Positions 17,903 to 27,156 of a stretch of 64,000 nt of DNA are shown one piece after another (position 1 is the first letter of the stretch; each line of letters begins with the position of its first letter). The notes beneath the pieces were generated by a model, which saw only the letters and a program-made list of their open reading frames with translations, was not told the DNA's origin and made no database searches. The translations under genes were made by a program, and so were the position numbers. This stretch comes from Capsulimonadales bacterium. Lineage in GTDB: Bacteria; Armatimonadota; Armatimonadia; Armatimonadales; Armatimonadaceae. The stretch is taken from positions 109,214-173,213 of the forward strand of contig JANRLW010000064.1 of assembly GCA_033762295.1 (NCBI GenBank), read 5' to 3'.

Positions 17903-20434
17903 CTACCGGGACTTTCGTTCGGCGTCCTCTTCGGAGCGAATCGTCGGAAACGGCCTTTTCCCTTTTGTCAGAGTGAACCAGTTGACGCGGTTGAGCCAGT
18001 AGTGATCCGGCCCGTCGATCCGGCTCCAGTCCAGCGCGACCGTCTTTTCATACCAGTACCGCTCCTGCGCCGTCATTTTCTCCGGTGACGGGTTCCTTTC
18101 ATCCAGGGGGATACGGTTGGGGACGTGCGTATAGGGTGTCAGGTCCGGCTTTTCGGCGAAACAGGTGGTGATCGGTTCCGCCATCGCGTCGAAGCGGTTC
18201 ATCGGCTCGAGTCCCAGCATCAAACCGATCGAACGAAGCATGCTGGCGGTCGTATACAGATGGGAATCGACGAAGCGTCGTTTCGTATACGGGCTGATCA
18301 CGAAGTAGGGGACCCGATGACCGTCCACATGATCCGGCAGCGCCTGCCCGTCATCCTCGATGACGAAGATACAGGTATCTTTCCACTGCGGCGATTTCGT
18401 GATCCCCTCGACGACCCGCCCGAGAGCCAGATCGTTGTCGGCATGCATGGCGCGGGGAGTCGGGTACTCGGGGTTCAGCCCTTCGGTGTGATCGGCGGGC
18501 AGGCAGAGGATCATGAGATCGGGAACGGTGTCGGTCCGACTGTACTCACGGTACTCCTTCAGAAAGGCATCCGCCCGCGCCTGGTCGCTCTGAATCAACG
18601 GCCAGTACTGAACGGACGGGCAGATATAGGGCTTGAGCCCGGCGACCGTCGTATCGGCGGTGTAGGTGAATTTCTGGCCGCCGTTCTTCCGGTCCTCCCA
18701 GGCTTCGAACCAGTCCTTCGGGCGATACGGGGCGTATTTGGCGAGCCGGTCGTCGCAGTACTCGCCGTAGACCCGGATCTTCTTGCCCTTTCGCGCCGCC
18801 GCGTCCCAGAGAGCGCCACCCGCCGAAAGGGACATGGCGCAGTCTCCGTCGTCGGGGTAGGTGCGATAGCTGACGTAGAAGTGCTCCATATAATCGTTGG
18901 CAAGGCTTTGCGTCGACCAGGCGTGTCCGTCGGCGGAGTTGGTCCCGCTCACATACCCGTTGTCGAAAAGCGTGAAGGTGCGGGCCAGCGCCCAGTGATT
19001 CGGCATCCCCGTCTCGCCGATAACGCAGAGCGACGGATCGCCGTTTCCCTCCTTCATTTGACCAAATACCGAGTCGTATGTCTGGTTTTCTTTAATAATA
19101 TACAGAACATGCTTCACTGCGCCATTGTAGACAGGGTGCTTCGGGCGGTCCGTGCCTCGGTCCCAGCGGTTGTTGCGGGCGACGATCCGCGTTTCCGCCT
19201 TCAGGTCACGGCGCAGACCCAGCGTGGTGATCGTTCCCTGGAAGTCATGGGGACTGCCCGGATTGCCGTTGCGCGTGTTCTCAACCGAACCGTTGCCCTT
19301 GGAGTTGAGGACGTACGCGGTCCTTCCGTCACGGCTGAGCGTGATGGCGCACGGGAAGTACCCGGTCGGGCGAAAACCCTTCAGCGTGCCCGACGGCAGA
19401 TCGACCTCGGCGACCGCGTTATCGCCGCCATTGCAGACATACAGGGTTCGACCGTCCGGAGAGAGGGCGAGCGCGTTGGGCATCGCGCCGAAGAGCGGGG
19501 CGCCGCCGCCCCGGACGGAGATCGTTCGGATGGTTTTTCGCGCCGCCAGATCGATCTCGGTGAGCGTATCGCTCATGCCGTTGGCGACGTAGGCGCGGTT
19601 GCCATGGACGAGAAGGGCGTTGGGATGAATGCCGACCTCCAGCACGGTCGCCTGACCGGTCGCCCGGTCCACCAGGGACACGGTGCCGGTCGAAGCGACT
19701 CCCCGTTCGTCGGTGACGATATCCTCGTCGCCGCTTTTGGCCGTTCGGTCGTTCGACAGCGGTTTTCGACCGCCCCAGTTACTGACGATCAACGTTTTTT
19801 CGTCGCCTGAAAGCCGAACGTCGTAGGGCAGGACCTGAACCGGGAGTTCGCGCACCCGCTTGTGTGTCGCGAGATCGACCTCGACGACGGCGTTCAGTCC
19901 GGCGGCGGCGACGAAGAGTGTCTTGCTGTCCCGTGTCGCGCACATTCCGCCCGGATACGCATTGCGTTTGTCCCCTTCGGCGGCGACCGGTATCGTGGCG
20001 ACATGCTCCAACTGGAGGTCGGCGTACCGGTATTCGATCAGAGCGCCCTGGTCGTTGGTGACGACGACATGCTGGGCGTCCGGCCACCAGTTCGACCCGC
20101 TATGGTCGCCGGTCCAGAGGACGCCGTGAAAGCCCGCGCTCGCATTCCCGAGCGGGGTACGGGACCGGGCGATGATGCCGGTCGGCGAGCACATGAACAC
20201 CTCGCGTTGTGCCAGGACGGCGAAGACGTTCTCCGTCGGATGCAGCGCGAAATCGCTCGGTCGCCCGTTAAAGGCCAACCCGTCGCCTCGAATCCGCTGT
20301 CCGCTGCTGACGATGAAACTGCCGTCGGGCTGTCGGCCCATTTTCGGAGCGCGAAACAGAGCGGCGCCCACGGAAACGACGGCGCAAAGGGACAGGACGG
20401 CGTAAGCCGCCTTCGGGAACGGGCGACGGGGCAT
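17903..20434 (-). CDS. YncE/YVTN beta-propeller plus alkaline-phosphatase-superfamily phosphoesterase
   Basis: YVTN-type blades; HVLYIIKENQTYD, PNH.ALA..F.LFDN, SADGH, DNDLALGR.VE, IEDD..ALPDHVDGHR. Confidence 0.9.
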   Translation of the reverse strand: MPRRPFPKAAYAVLSLCAVVSVGAALFRAPKMGRQPDGSFIVSSGQRIRGDGLAFNGRPSDFALHPTENVFAVLAQREVFMCSPTGIIARSRTPLGNASAGFHGVLWTGDHSGSNWWPDAQHVVVTNDQGALIEYRYADLQLEHVATIPVAAEGDKRNAYPGGMCATRDSKTLFVAAAGLNAVVEVDLATHKRVRELPVQVLPYDVRLSGDEKTLIVSNWGGRKPLSNDRTAKSGDEDIVTDERGVASTGTVSLVDRATGQATVLEVGIHPNALLVHGNRAYVANGMSDTLTEIDLAARKTIRTISVRGGGAPLFGAMPNALALSPDGRTLYVCNGGDNAVAEVDLPSGTLKGFRPTGYFPCAITLSRDGRTAYVLNSKGNGSVENTRNGNPGSPHDFQGTITTLGLRRDLKAETRIVARNNRWDRGTDRPKHPVYNGAVKHVLYIIKENQTYDSVFGQMKEGNGDPSLCVIGETGMPNHWALARTFTLFDNGYVSGTNSADGHAWSTQSLANDYMEHFYVSYRTYPDDGDCAMSLSAGGALWDAAARKGKKIRVYGEYCDDRLAKYAPYRPKDWFEAWEDRKNGGQKFTYTADTTVAGLKPYICPSVQYWPLIQSDQARADAFLKEYREYSRTDTVPDLMILCLPADHTEGLNPEYPTPRAMHADNDLALGRVVEGITKSPQWKDTCIFVIEDDGQALPDHVDGHRVPYFVISPYTKRRFVDSHLYTTASMLRSIGLMLGLEPMNRFDAMAEPITTCFAEKPDLTPYTHVPNRIPLDERNPSPEKMTAQERYWYEKTVALDWSRIDGPDHYWLNRVNWFTLTKGKRPFPTIRSEEDAERKSR

Positions 20435-20442
20435 AGGTTTCC

Positions 20443-20775
20443 TTACGGTTTTTTCTTGAAATAGGTGACGGACGTTCCGTACTTTGCGGTGTGCGACGAG
20501 CCGTTCTTCCGATACCAATCCACCACCTCGGCGTCACGCAGGGAGCCGTCGGCATTGAAGAGAAAACCGGAATTTCCTTCTTTTCGCCGCAGTCGGGCCA
20601 GGTCCTCCGGAGTGGAATGGCAGCGGACGCAATAGGCGGTATCGATCACCTGCGGAGGGTTCTCGGCCTGCTCCCTGGCTTCCAGAACTTTGACCTCGAC
20701 GACGCCGATCACGACGGCAGCCAGCGTGAGGGTGATGATGACGGTGTGCGGGGCGAGCTGTTTGGCGGTTTTCAT
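20443..20775 (-). CDS. Small membrane-anchored protein with a CxxCH heme-c motif
   Basis: N-terminal TM helix; CVRCH; stop 8 nt before the phosphoesterase start. Confidence 0.65.
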   Translation of the reverse strand: MKTAKQLAPHTVIITLTLAAVVIGVVEVKVLEAREQAENPPQVIDTAYCVRCHSTPEDLARLRRKEGNSGFLFNADGSLRDAEVVDWYRKNGSSHTAKYGTSVTYFKKKP

Positions 20776-20829
20776 AGGGGAACATTTACCGGGGAGAAAC
20801 GCTGTTTCTCCCCGGTCCTCGGTCGGAGT

Positions 20830-21762
20830 CTAGTTGGTCCAGATACAACCGGCGCTGCTGGGACCGTCGCTGGCGGTACAGGCCCGGCTGAAGTTATCCT
20901 GAACGTACTGAGCGAGATCGCCGCAGCGGATGGCCGTCGGGATCGGAATCTCGTCCCGATAATCGTTGTCCTGGTACCGGATAATGTAATCCGGGTCGGC
21001 GCAGTAGTTGTTGATCAGGCTGGTAAGCGCAGGACGGGCCCAGCGGGCGTTTTCGCCGGAGGCCGCCCAACCGGCGATGTACTTGACCGACTTGGCATGG
21101 CCGTCGACAAAGGCGATGTTGAAGTTCTGCCGATGGCGCAGGGCGGAGGAAGTGGTGCCGTTGAAGGTGCAGAGCTGGGTCCACATGCCGAGGTTCATAC
21201 GCGGGGTATCGTAGGTGTCCCCGAACGCGAACATCTGTGCCGGGGCGACGATTTTGGCGAGGCGGATACCCGGAGCGTAATCGTCATCATTATTGACGCT
21301 GTCCGCGTAGATGCCTTTCTGCTCGGTCAGACCGCCGCCACGGGAGTTGGCCGGTCCCCAGTTGTAGGCATAGCCGGTAAGGCGGCAGTTGTTGTAGCTG
21401 CCATCGGCGTTCGGCGTGGGATCGCAGCCATGAGCGCCGGGGCCGCCGGCTGCGGCGACATCGAACCCGCCGCGTCGCGCCCGGTCGTTGCGTTCCGGGC
21501 ACCAGAGCAGATTGAAGGACTTGAAGTAGGGGACCAGACCGACCCACCAGTCCGTCTTGATGTGCGGGGTGGTCTCGTCGTAGTCCTGGACGTACATCGC
21601 ATAGGCCAGACCGACCTGGCGTACGTTGGAAAGGCAGGAGATGGCGCGGGCGCTGGCGCGGGCCTGGGCGAAGACCGGGAAAAGGATCGCGGCCAGGATG
21701 GCGATAATAGCGATGACAACGAGCAACTCGATGAGCGTGAAGGCGGATTTGAAGCTTCGCAT
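20830..21762 (-). CDS. Prepilin-type N-terminal cleavage/methylation protein, DUF1559 with H-X9-DG motif
   Basis: [30 protein letters not shown]...CLSN...[23 protein letters not shown]. Confidence 0.92.
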   Translation of the reverse strand: MRSFKSAFTLIELLVVIAIIAILAAILFPVFAQARASARAISCLSNVRQVGLAYAMYVQDYDETTPHIKTDWWVGLVPYFKSFNLLWCPERNDRARRGGFDVAAAGGPGAHGCDPTPNADGSYNNCRLTGYAYNWGPANSRGGGLTEQKGIYADSVNNDDDYAPGIRLAKIVAPAQMFAFGDTYDTPRMNLGMWTQLCTFNGTTSSALRHRQNFNIAFVDGHAKSVKYIAGWAASGENARWARPALTSLINNYCADPDYIIRYQDNDYRDEIPIPTAIRCGDLAQYVQDNFSRACTASDGPSSAGCIWTN

Positions 21763-21864
21763 GCGGCAGTCTTTCTGAGCGCGTGGCTCGGTCCGAATTC
21801 AAATAACCAACGGCAATCTCGTTCACTCCGTCCGGTGGGTATCCGGGCCGTCCGACCGGGCGGA

Positions 21865-22026
21865 CTACAGTCCCTTCGCCTCCTTTTTGGCGATCCGGTC
21901 GTTGATGGTTGTCGAATTGACCGTGTCGCCGGAAGGCGCAAGGAATCTCCACGCCAGGAAACCGATCAACAGGACGGCGACGGCCGCGGCGGCGGCAATC
22001 ATCCAGGGAGCAGGCGTTTCTTTCAT
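21865..22026 (-). CDS. Small single-TM protein (53 aa), absent from the ORF track
   Basis: Manual translation MKETPAPWMIAAAAAVAVLLIGFLAWRFLAPSGDTVNSTTINDRIAKKEAKGL*, AGGA RBS, first gene of the operon. Confidence 0.65.
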   Translation of the reverse strand: MKETPAPWMIAAAAAVAVLLIGFLAWRFLAPSGDTVNSTTINDRIAKKEAKGL

Positions 22027-22056
22027 GATTCGTTCCTAACGGGGCCCGGAGCGATT

Positions 22057-22126
22057 TGTGACAAATTATTCGGTCACATTAACTAACCCGCGTATTGTAA
22101 CCATCGCATGTTAAGGCCACATTAAG
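22057..22126 (-). promoter_or_regulatory. Promoter with Pho-box-like direct repeats and a palindromic operator
   Basis: Minus strand CTTAATGT-GGC-CTTAACAT (11-bp period), TACAAT -10 at 22099-22094, TGTGAC-N10-GTCACA at 22057-22078. Confidence 0.55.
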
Positions 22127-22175
22127 AAAGTAGGGGATTCCGGGGAAAATTCTGCTTGTTGCAATTCGTTTGTTT

Positions 22176-22613
22176 TTATGTCACGGAATGCGTTCGCAAG
22201 CCGACCAGGATACAGGGACCGCCGCCGACCACGTGCAAACCCGCACGAAGCGCCTTTTCCAGGACGGCGGGTGATTCCGCCCCGGGTTGTATCCAAAGGT
22301 GGCGAATTCCGGCCGCGGCGACCTCATCCACGAGTTTCTCCGTGGCGGCCGGAGGAATGACCGCCACGACGACCTCCGGCTTCTCCGGTAACGCCGCGAC
22401 GTTCGGGTAGCACGGGTCCCCGTCGATGGTCGCCGAACCGGGGTTCACGGGCCAGACCGTTTTTCCGTGCCGTTTCAGGTCGTGATAGATGATGTTGCCG
22501 TACTTCTCCGGGTGGTTCGAGGCGCCGACCACCGCGAATGTCCGCGCGGCCAGCATCGTATCGATCGCTTCGTTCATATCTTCAAGGACCGCCCTTTCCG
22601 ACGCCGGGTTCAT
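22176..22613 (-). CDS. CoA-binding protein (YccU-like)
   Basis: FAVVGAS..PEKYG, VWPVNP, WIQPGAES, GPCILV. Confidence 0.9.
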   Translation of the reverse strand: MNPASERAVLEDMNEAIDTMLAARTFAVVGASNHPEKYGNIIYHDLKRHGKTVWPVNPGSATIDGDPCYPNVAALPEKPEVVVAVIPPAATEKLVDEVAAAGIRHLWIQPGAESPAVLEKALRAGLHVVGGGPCILVGLRTHSVT

Positions 22614-22663
22614 CTTCCGTTTTCACCTTGCATTTTCACCTTCCGTTCGTCCGTGTAGGAACG

Positions 22664-24052
22664 TCATTCCGGTTCGGCGCTGCCTTCCAGAATCAAGCCC
22701 TTCGTCGCCGGAAACCGTTCGTACCAGAGAGCGAGAATATCGCGCAGATGTCCGGCATAGCGGTAATGCGCGCCGACGCCGGTTCGCAGTTCGGCCTCGT
22801 AGATAAACTTATCGGCGGTGGTCGTGTGCTCGAACGGGAACTCCGTGCCGAGGAGCGTATGGTAGATATAGGTCGCTTCACCCGATGTCAGCAGACGGTG
22901 CGCCCGGTTCGTCGCCATCACGCCAACGCCGACCGGAATCCGCGCGGCGCGATCGGGCGAGGGAAGCTCGTCGAGGGCGGCGTAGAACCCCTGCGGCAGA
23001 AGCGGGCAGTATTTGGTGCCGGTCCGGTGCCGGTTCAGGTCGCGAATCTCGGCGAAGGCGATCCGGTTCCAACCGAATCGGACGGCGGTCCGCCGAAGGG
23101 TGGCCCCGATATACGAGTATCGGTTGTCGTGGAAGGCGAGCGACAGCGTTACCAAGGGATCGATCGTCTGCGGCGGGAGGAAGACCTCCAGCAGGAGTCC
23201 GTCCGCGTTCGCACCGAAGAGGACGCCGTCCAGGCGATCCTCCGCCCATTTCCGTACGGTCAACTGTTCGACCGCCAGCCCCTTTTGCAGCGATTCGAGG
23301 GGGCGCGCATGACGCAGCAGGTTCGGCGCGGCGAGCGCGAGTTCGTCGCGCAGGCGTTCACCGAGAAGGTTGGCTTCCCGGAGCGGGTGGGAGAGCAGGT
23401 ACTGGCAGACGTTCACCCAGGCGCGGGCCGACTGGACCAGCATGACGTTGGTGGTGGCGGCCACCGGCAGAAAATACCTTGCCCGGTCGAAGGCGTAGTT
23501 GCGCCGCATCCGGGCGACCGCCTTTTTCGACTTTTCGGACGGATCTTCGCGCAGGGAGCGGGGGATACGCGCCACATCCGGGTCCGCCCGGACGATTTCC
23601 TCCCAGACGGTGACGGCGGATTGGTAGGCGGCGAACGCCTCCTCCATGGCGGCGTTCCAGGCGGCGCGTTCGTTCTCCGGGATGCCGAGCGTTTCCGGGT
23701 CGGCCAGTCCTTCGGCATTGAGGCGAATATAGCGCGTCGACGACTCCTGACCGCCCGCCGTCGGACAGAGAGTCCAGAGATAGTAAGCGAGATAAAGGGA
23801 GATACCGTCGATGAAGAGGGCGACCGGGGCCATGTCGGCGATGGAGGCGTGTCCGTAGTCGACAAACCTGAAGATGCGTTCCACCGAGGCGTCGGCGTTC
23901 TCCGGATCGATCTTTTCCAGGATCGCCTCCAGCCCTTCGTTGTTGCGGGAGTAGCGGGCCCCGACGGCGGCGAGCAGTTCCGGAGTGAGGGCGGGCCGAC
24001 CGGCCTCCTGCGCGGCGTCGGTCGGACGGAGCGAGACCTGCGTCACTTTCAT
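22664..24052 (-). CDS. FAD-dependent thymidylate synthase (ThyX)-like protein, long two-domain type
   Basis: ARYSR, YGHASIAD, QESSTRYI, FDRARYFLP, RDLNRHR, ELRT...AH.RY. Confidence 0.8.
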   Translation of the reverse strand: MKVTQVSLRPTDAAQEAGRPALTPELLAAVGARYSRNNEGLEAILEKIDPENADASVERIFRFVDYGHASIADMAPVALFIDGISLYLAYYLWTLCPTAGGQESSTRYIRLNAEGLADPETLGIPENERAAWNAAMEEAFAAYQSAVTVWEEIVRADPDVARIPRSLREDPSEKSKKAVARMRRNYAFDRARYFLPVAATTNVMLVQSARAWVNVCQYLLSHPLREANLLGERLRDELALAAPNLLRHARPLESLQKGLAVEQLTVRKWAEDRLDGVLFGANADGLLLEVFLPPQTIDPLVTLSLAFHDNRYSYIGATLRRTAVRFGWNRIAFAEIRDLNRHRTGTKYCPLLPQGFYAALDELPSPDRAARIPVGVGVMATNRAHRLLTSGEATYIYHTLLGTEFPFEHTTTADKFIYEAELRTGVGAHYRYAGHLRDILALWYERFPATKGLILEGSAEPE

Positions 24053-24271
24053 ACACCGCAGATTCGCTTCCGGCGATGCCGTCTCCTTTTCAATGGCTCG
24101 ACGTGCCCGGATCGTTCAGGGGGTAGCCTCCTCGGCTAGCCGGCAGCCTTCGATTCCGGACCCCGGTTCGGTTATGGAAACGACCGAAAGATTCCGTTCC
24201 CGTTTTCGCGATGGAATGGAAACGTCCTGATAGCAAACCGCAATTGCTATCAGGGAGGAGGGGAGGGAAAA

Positions 24272-24344
24272 TGGACCTGAGGGGATTCGAACCCCTGACC
24301 TCTACAATGCGAATGTAGCGCTCTCCCAACTGAGCCACAGGCCC
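24272..24344 (-). tRNA. tRNA-Ala (anticodon CGC)
   Basis: GGGCCTGTGGCTCAGTTGGGAGAGCGCTACATTCGCATTGTAGAGGTCAGGGGTTCGAATCCCCTCAGGTCCA; cloverleaf, G3:U70 Ala identity pair, CCA not encoded. Confidence 0.96.
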
Positions 24345-24356
24345 GCAACGACGGTT

Positions 24357-24385
24357 AGTATATCACCCCCGGCCCGGGGGCGCAA
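24357..24385 (-). promoter_or_regulatory. tRNA promoter
   Basis: TTGCGC-N17-TATACT on the minus strand. Confidence 0.6.
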
Positions 24386-24560
24386 TTTCGCCGGAAGGGT
24401 TCGAACCGCCTATGGTCGCACCGAAGGAATACCCGATGGAATTACCTGTTTCTTTTAATCGTGTTTTGGCGTGGCAGGTTATCCATGAAAACGCAGGAAA
24501 ATACGTTTGAAAGGATTGCCGGACAAAGTGTAGACGGCAGCTATCACCAGGGAGGTGCCT

Positions 24561-26120
24561 TTGAGACAACGAACGTTTTCCCTTTTCCCCTTTCTCCTTG
24601 TCTTCCTTTGCGCTTTGGGGACCGAAGCAAAGGGGCAGGACTGGGAGCGATGGCGGGTCGGTAAGCCGTCCTGGAAAGTGACGGTTAAAGCGGTCGGTAC
24701 CGTTTCGGGAACGATAACCCAGGCCGGACGGACGACCTTTTTCAATCATGATGTGAACTCCTCGGATGCCAAGATGCTGTGTGAGGGCACGCCGGCGCTT
24801 TGGCGAATGCCCTGCGCAATTTCCATCCATCGGCAGGTCACTTACACCGTCCGAATGGAATGGGTCTACCCGGACGGAACGATCGGGGACAAACCGGCCA
24901 AGAACGTCGTCGTCAGGACGTCCGCCGGCGCATTTTGGGCAGGCCCGTCGGGGAAGACCACGGGTTCCTGCGACAATGGCATCGGCGGTTCCAAATCTCC
25001 CGTGCCTCCCGGCGCCGGGGAAGATCAATCGACCGACAAGTGGCAGGTGATGGATGGCTCGAAGGGGGCCATTCAGTACGACGTCAAAACGTCGGCCCGG
25101 GTCTCGGTCAACGGGACAGCGGCCTCCAAAGCCTACCGATGCAATACCGCCGTCGACGCGGTGGCCTTTCCGGTCGCTCTGGTCCTCCAGGGAACGACGA
25201 TCGACAAGGGCGGAAACCATCATCTGCTGATCGGTCAGGGACTGTCGGGATATGTGAATGTGAATTCGTATCCGTTTGAACCGCTCCAGCAGTCCGGATG
25301 GGCGTGGACCGTGCCGGGCTTGACGTTCCAATCGTGGACCGTTTCAAAGGATGCCACGTCGGCAACCGTTGTGAACGGACCCGGCCCCACCTATCTGTCC
25401 GGTTTTCATTGTTATTTCCGAAAAGCGGAGACGGAACAGATTCAAATCTCCTGTAATCTCAATGTCCTGACGCCGTCCGGACCGTTGGCGGTGATGGCGG
25501 TGGAAACCGTCAAGATCCATGAGCCGAATCATTCCCTGAAAGTCATCCGAATCGGACCCGTTTCCTTTCTGGTGAATGGGTCCGGGGTTCGAGCCGGGGG
25601 CAGTGCCGTCGCGGAGGCGGATCCGCCAGGAATTGAGTTTGAGGCGTGGGCCGACACCGACAAGATTGTCGATCAGGGCAATCAAAACTTACCGATATTC
25701 CAACGGGGGGTAGGGTATTTCGGTCAACTCTGTGCTCTGTACCGACAGAGGAAAAACCAATTACCGGGTTGGAACTGGGTCCGAAACACCGGCAAATTCG
25801 TCCTGGATAATCGGTGGCCCTACACGACGGGAATGCGGGGACCGGGAAGAAACTCTGCAAGCGACAGCCCGGAACTCGGGTTCCGGTATGGCGATTATGA
25901 ATGTGAGGTAAACGATCACTTCGTTATGTACTACATGTACACGCCGCCCGGAACCGACGTGCAGGATGTTCCCCTGGCAACCGTTGCCTGGGTCTGGACG
26001 GCGAAAGGGCGCTCCGTCGAGGGTGTCTGGGGACCGAATCCTCCCGGTAGGGTGACGGCGGGTGGATCGACTCGGTGTTACGACCATCCGGAATGGACCG
26101 ACAAAGTCGTTCTCGATTGA
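24561..26120 (+). CDS. Secreted hypothetical protein, beta-rich with several Cys
   Basis: About 520-aa ORF with signal peptide; GGAGG RBS before TTG at 24561 (GTG 24555 is an alternative start). Confidence 0.7.
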   Translation: MRQRTFSLFPFLLVFLCALGTEAKGQDWERWRVGKPSWKVTVKAVGTVSGTITQAGRTTFFNHDVNSSDAKMLCEGTPALWRMPCAISIHRQVTYTVRMEWVYPDGTIGDKPAKNVVVRTSAGAFWAGPSGKTTGSCDNGIGGSKSPVPPGAGEDQSTDKWQVMDGSKGAIQYDVKTSARVSVNGTAASKAYRCNTAVDAVAFPVALVLQGTTIDKGGNHHLLIGQGLSGYVNVNSYPFEPLQQSGWAWTVPGLTFQSWTVSKDATSATVVNGPGPTYLSGFHCYFRKAETEQIQISCNLNVLTPSGPLAVMAVETVKIHEPNHSLKVIRIGPVSFLVNGSGVRAGGSAVAEADPPGIEFEAWADTDKIVDQGNQNLPIFQRGVGYFGQLCALYRQRKNQLPGWNWVRNTGKFVLDNRWPYTTGMRGPGRNSASDSPELGFRYGDYECEVNDHFVMYYMYTPPGTDVQDVPLATVAWVWTAKGRSVEGVWGPNPPGRVTAGGSTRCYDHPEWTDKVVLD

Positions 26121-26138
26121 GAAAGCGAGGAAAAGAAG

Positions 26139-27077
26139 ATGAATTCCAAACATATGACGGTAATGTTGGTTGCCCTTCTCCTGATCGAAGGAGGCTGTCT
26201 GGCATTGGCGCAGACCGGTGATGTGCGGACGCGGAAAGACAGATGGGAGGCTCAGGATCGCTATGTCGCGCGTCAACGCGCGGAGATCGCGAAAGCGGAG
26301 GGGCATGCGGAAAAGGGATGGACGTCTCTGCACGCGGGCGACCTCCGGACAGCCGAGAGCGAATACCTGGAAGCGATTCGCATCCACAACGACGACCGAT
26401 ATCGCTTCGCCCTCGGTCGGATTTACGAACGAATGAACCGGCCTGCGGATGCCTTCCGGGTGTACGGCTCGGTTTTGAAACCGCAGGATGGTAGTTCTTC
26501 GACCGCTGAGAACGAGCCGGTATGGCTGCTTCGATACGCGGTGCTGGCCCGGAAGTTAGGTGACCTGGGCGAGGCCGAGTGGGCGGCCAACAAAGCCTGG
26601 GAAAACCGTGAACGACTGGACGACATTGGGGGGAACAATGTATTGGAGATGGTCCCCCGGTTCGGCGGTTCGATCGCCCGGTACCCCCTGAACGTCGTAT
26701 CGGAACTCGCCTTCGTGGCGGAATTTTATGGCGCACCGGATATCTATGAAGACGTCCCCGAAATGCCCAACGGCCATCTGGTAAATCATGAGTCGGATCG
26801 GAAGTCGTTTCTGGCCGCGTTGCGTGCCGCCGAAGCCGGGTCGAAGGACCCCCGAATCCTGGCGATCGTCCATTTCGTGTGGGCCGGAGTGTACAGTTCC
26901 CGGTTCTATGAAAGCGAACGCCGGGGCGAACCGATCGAAATGCGGAAGAAATGGCGCAAAGCACAGTACGACGCCTACCACCTGGTAGCCCGGTACGACC
27001 GCGCGAACAAGTACTTTTACTCCGCACTGAAAAGCTACTTCGGTCCCCCGGACCTGGCGGCGATGTACGGCGAGTAG
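26139..27077 (+). CDS. Secreted tetratricopeptide-like helical protein
   Basis: Signal ALA-Q; AESEYLEAIRI...RFALGRIYERMNRPADA TPR-like repeat. Confidence 0.7.
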   Translation: MNSKHMTVMLVALLLIEGGCLALAQTGDVRTRKDRWEAQDRYVARQRAEIAKAEGHAEKGWTSLHAGDLRTAESEYLEAIRIHNDDRYRFALGRIYERMNRPADAFRVYGSVLKPQDGSSSTAENEPVWLLRYAVLARKLGDLGEAEWAANKAWENRERLDDIGGNNVLEMVPRFGGSIARYPLNVVSELAFVAEFYGAPDIYEDVPEMPNGHLVNHESDRKSFLAALRAAEAGSKDPRILAIVHFVWAGVYSSRFYESERRGEPIEMRKKWRKAQYDAYHLVARYDRANKYFYSALKSYFGPPDLAAMYGE

Positions 27078-27156
27078 AGAGGCTTAGCGAGTAGTTTAGC
27101 GAGAGGAGAGACCACCTCGCTCCGGCAGGGATTCCGTGCCGGAGCGAGGGCAAATC

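Noticed and set aside
18125..24139. Long plus-strand ORFs (18125-19810, 20491-22086, 22538-24139) and similar ones across the window
   Set aside because: Antisense shadows of well-supported genes in high-GC DNA, with no motifs.
24391..24420. GGTTCGAACC as a tRNA fragment or att site
   Set aside because: Does not match the tRNA-Ala 3' end beyond the T-loop; no integrase or second copy.
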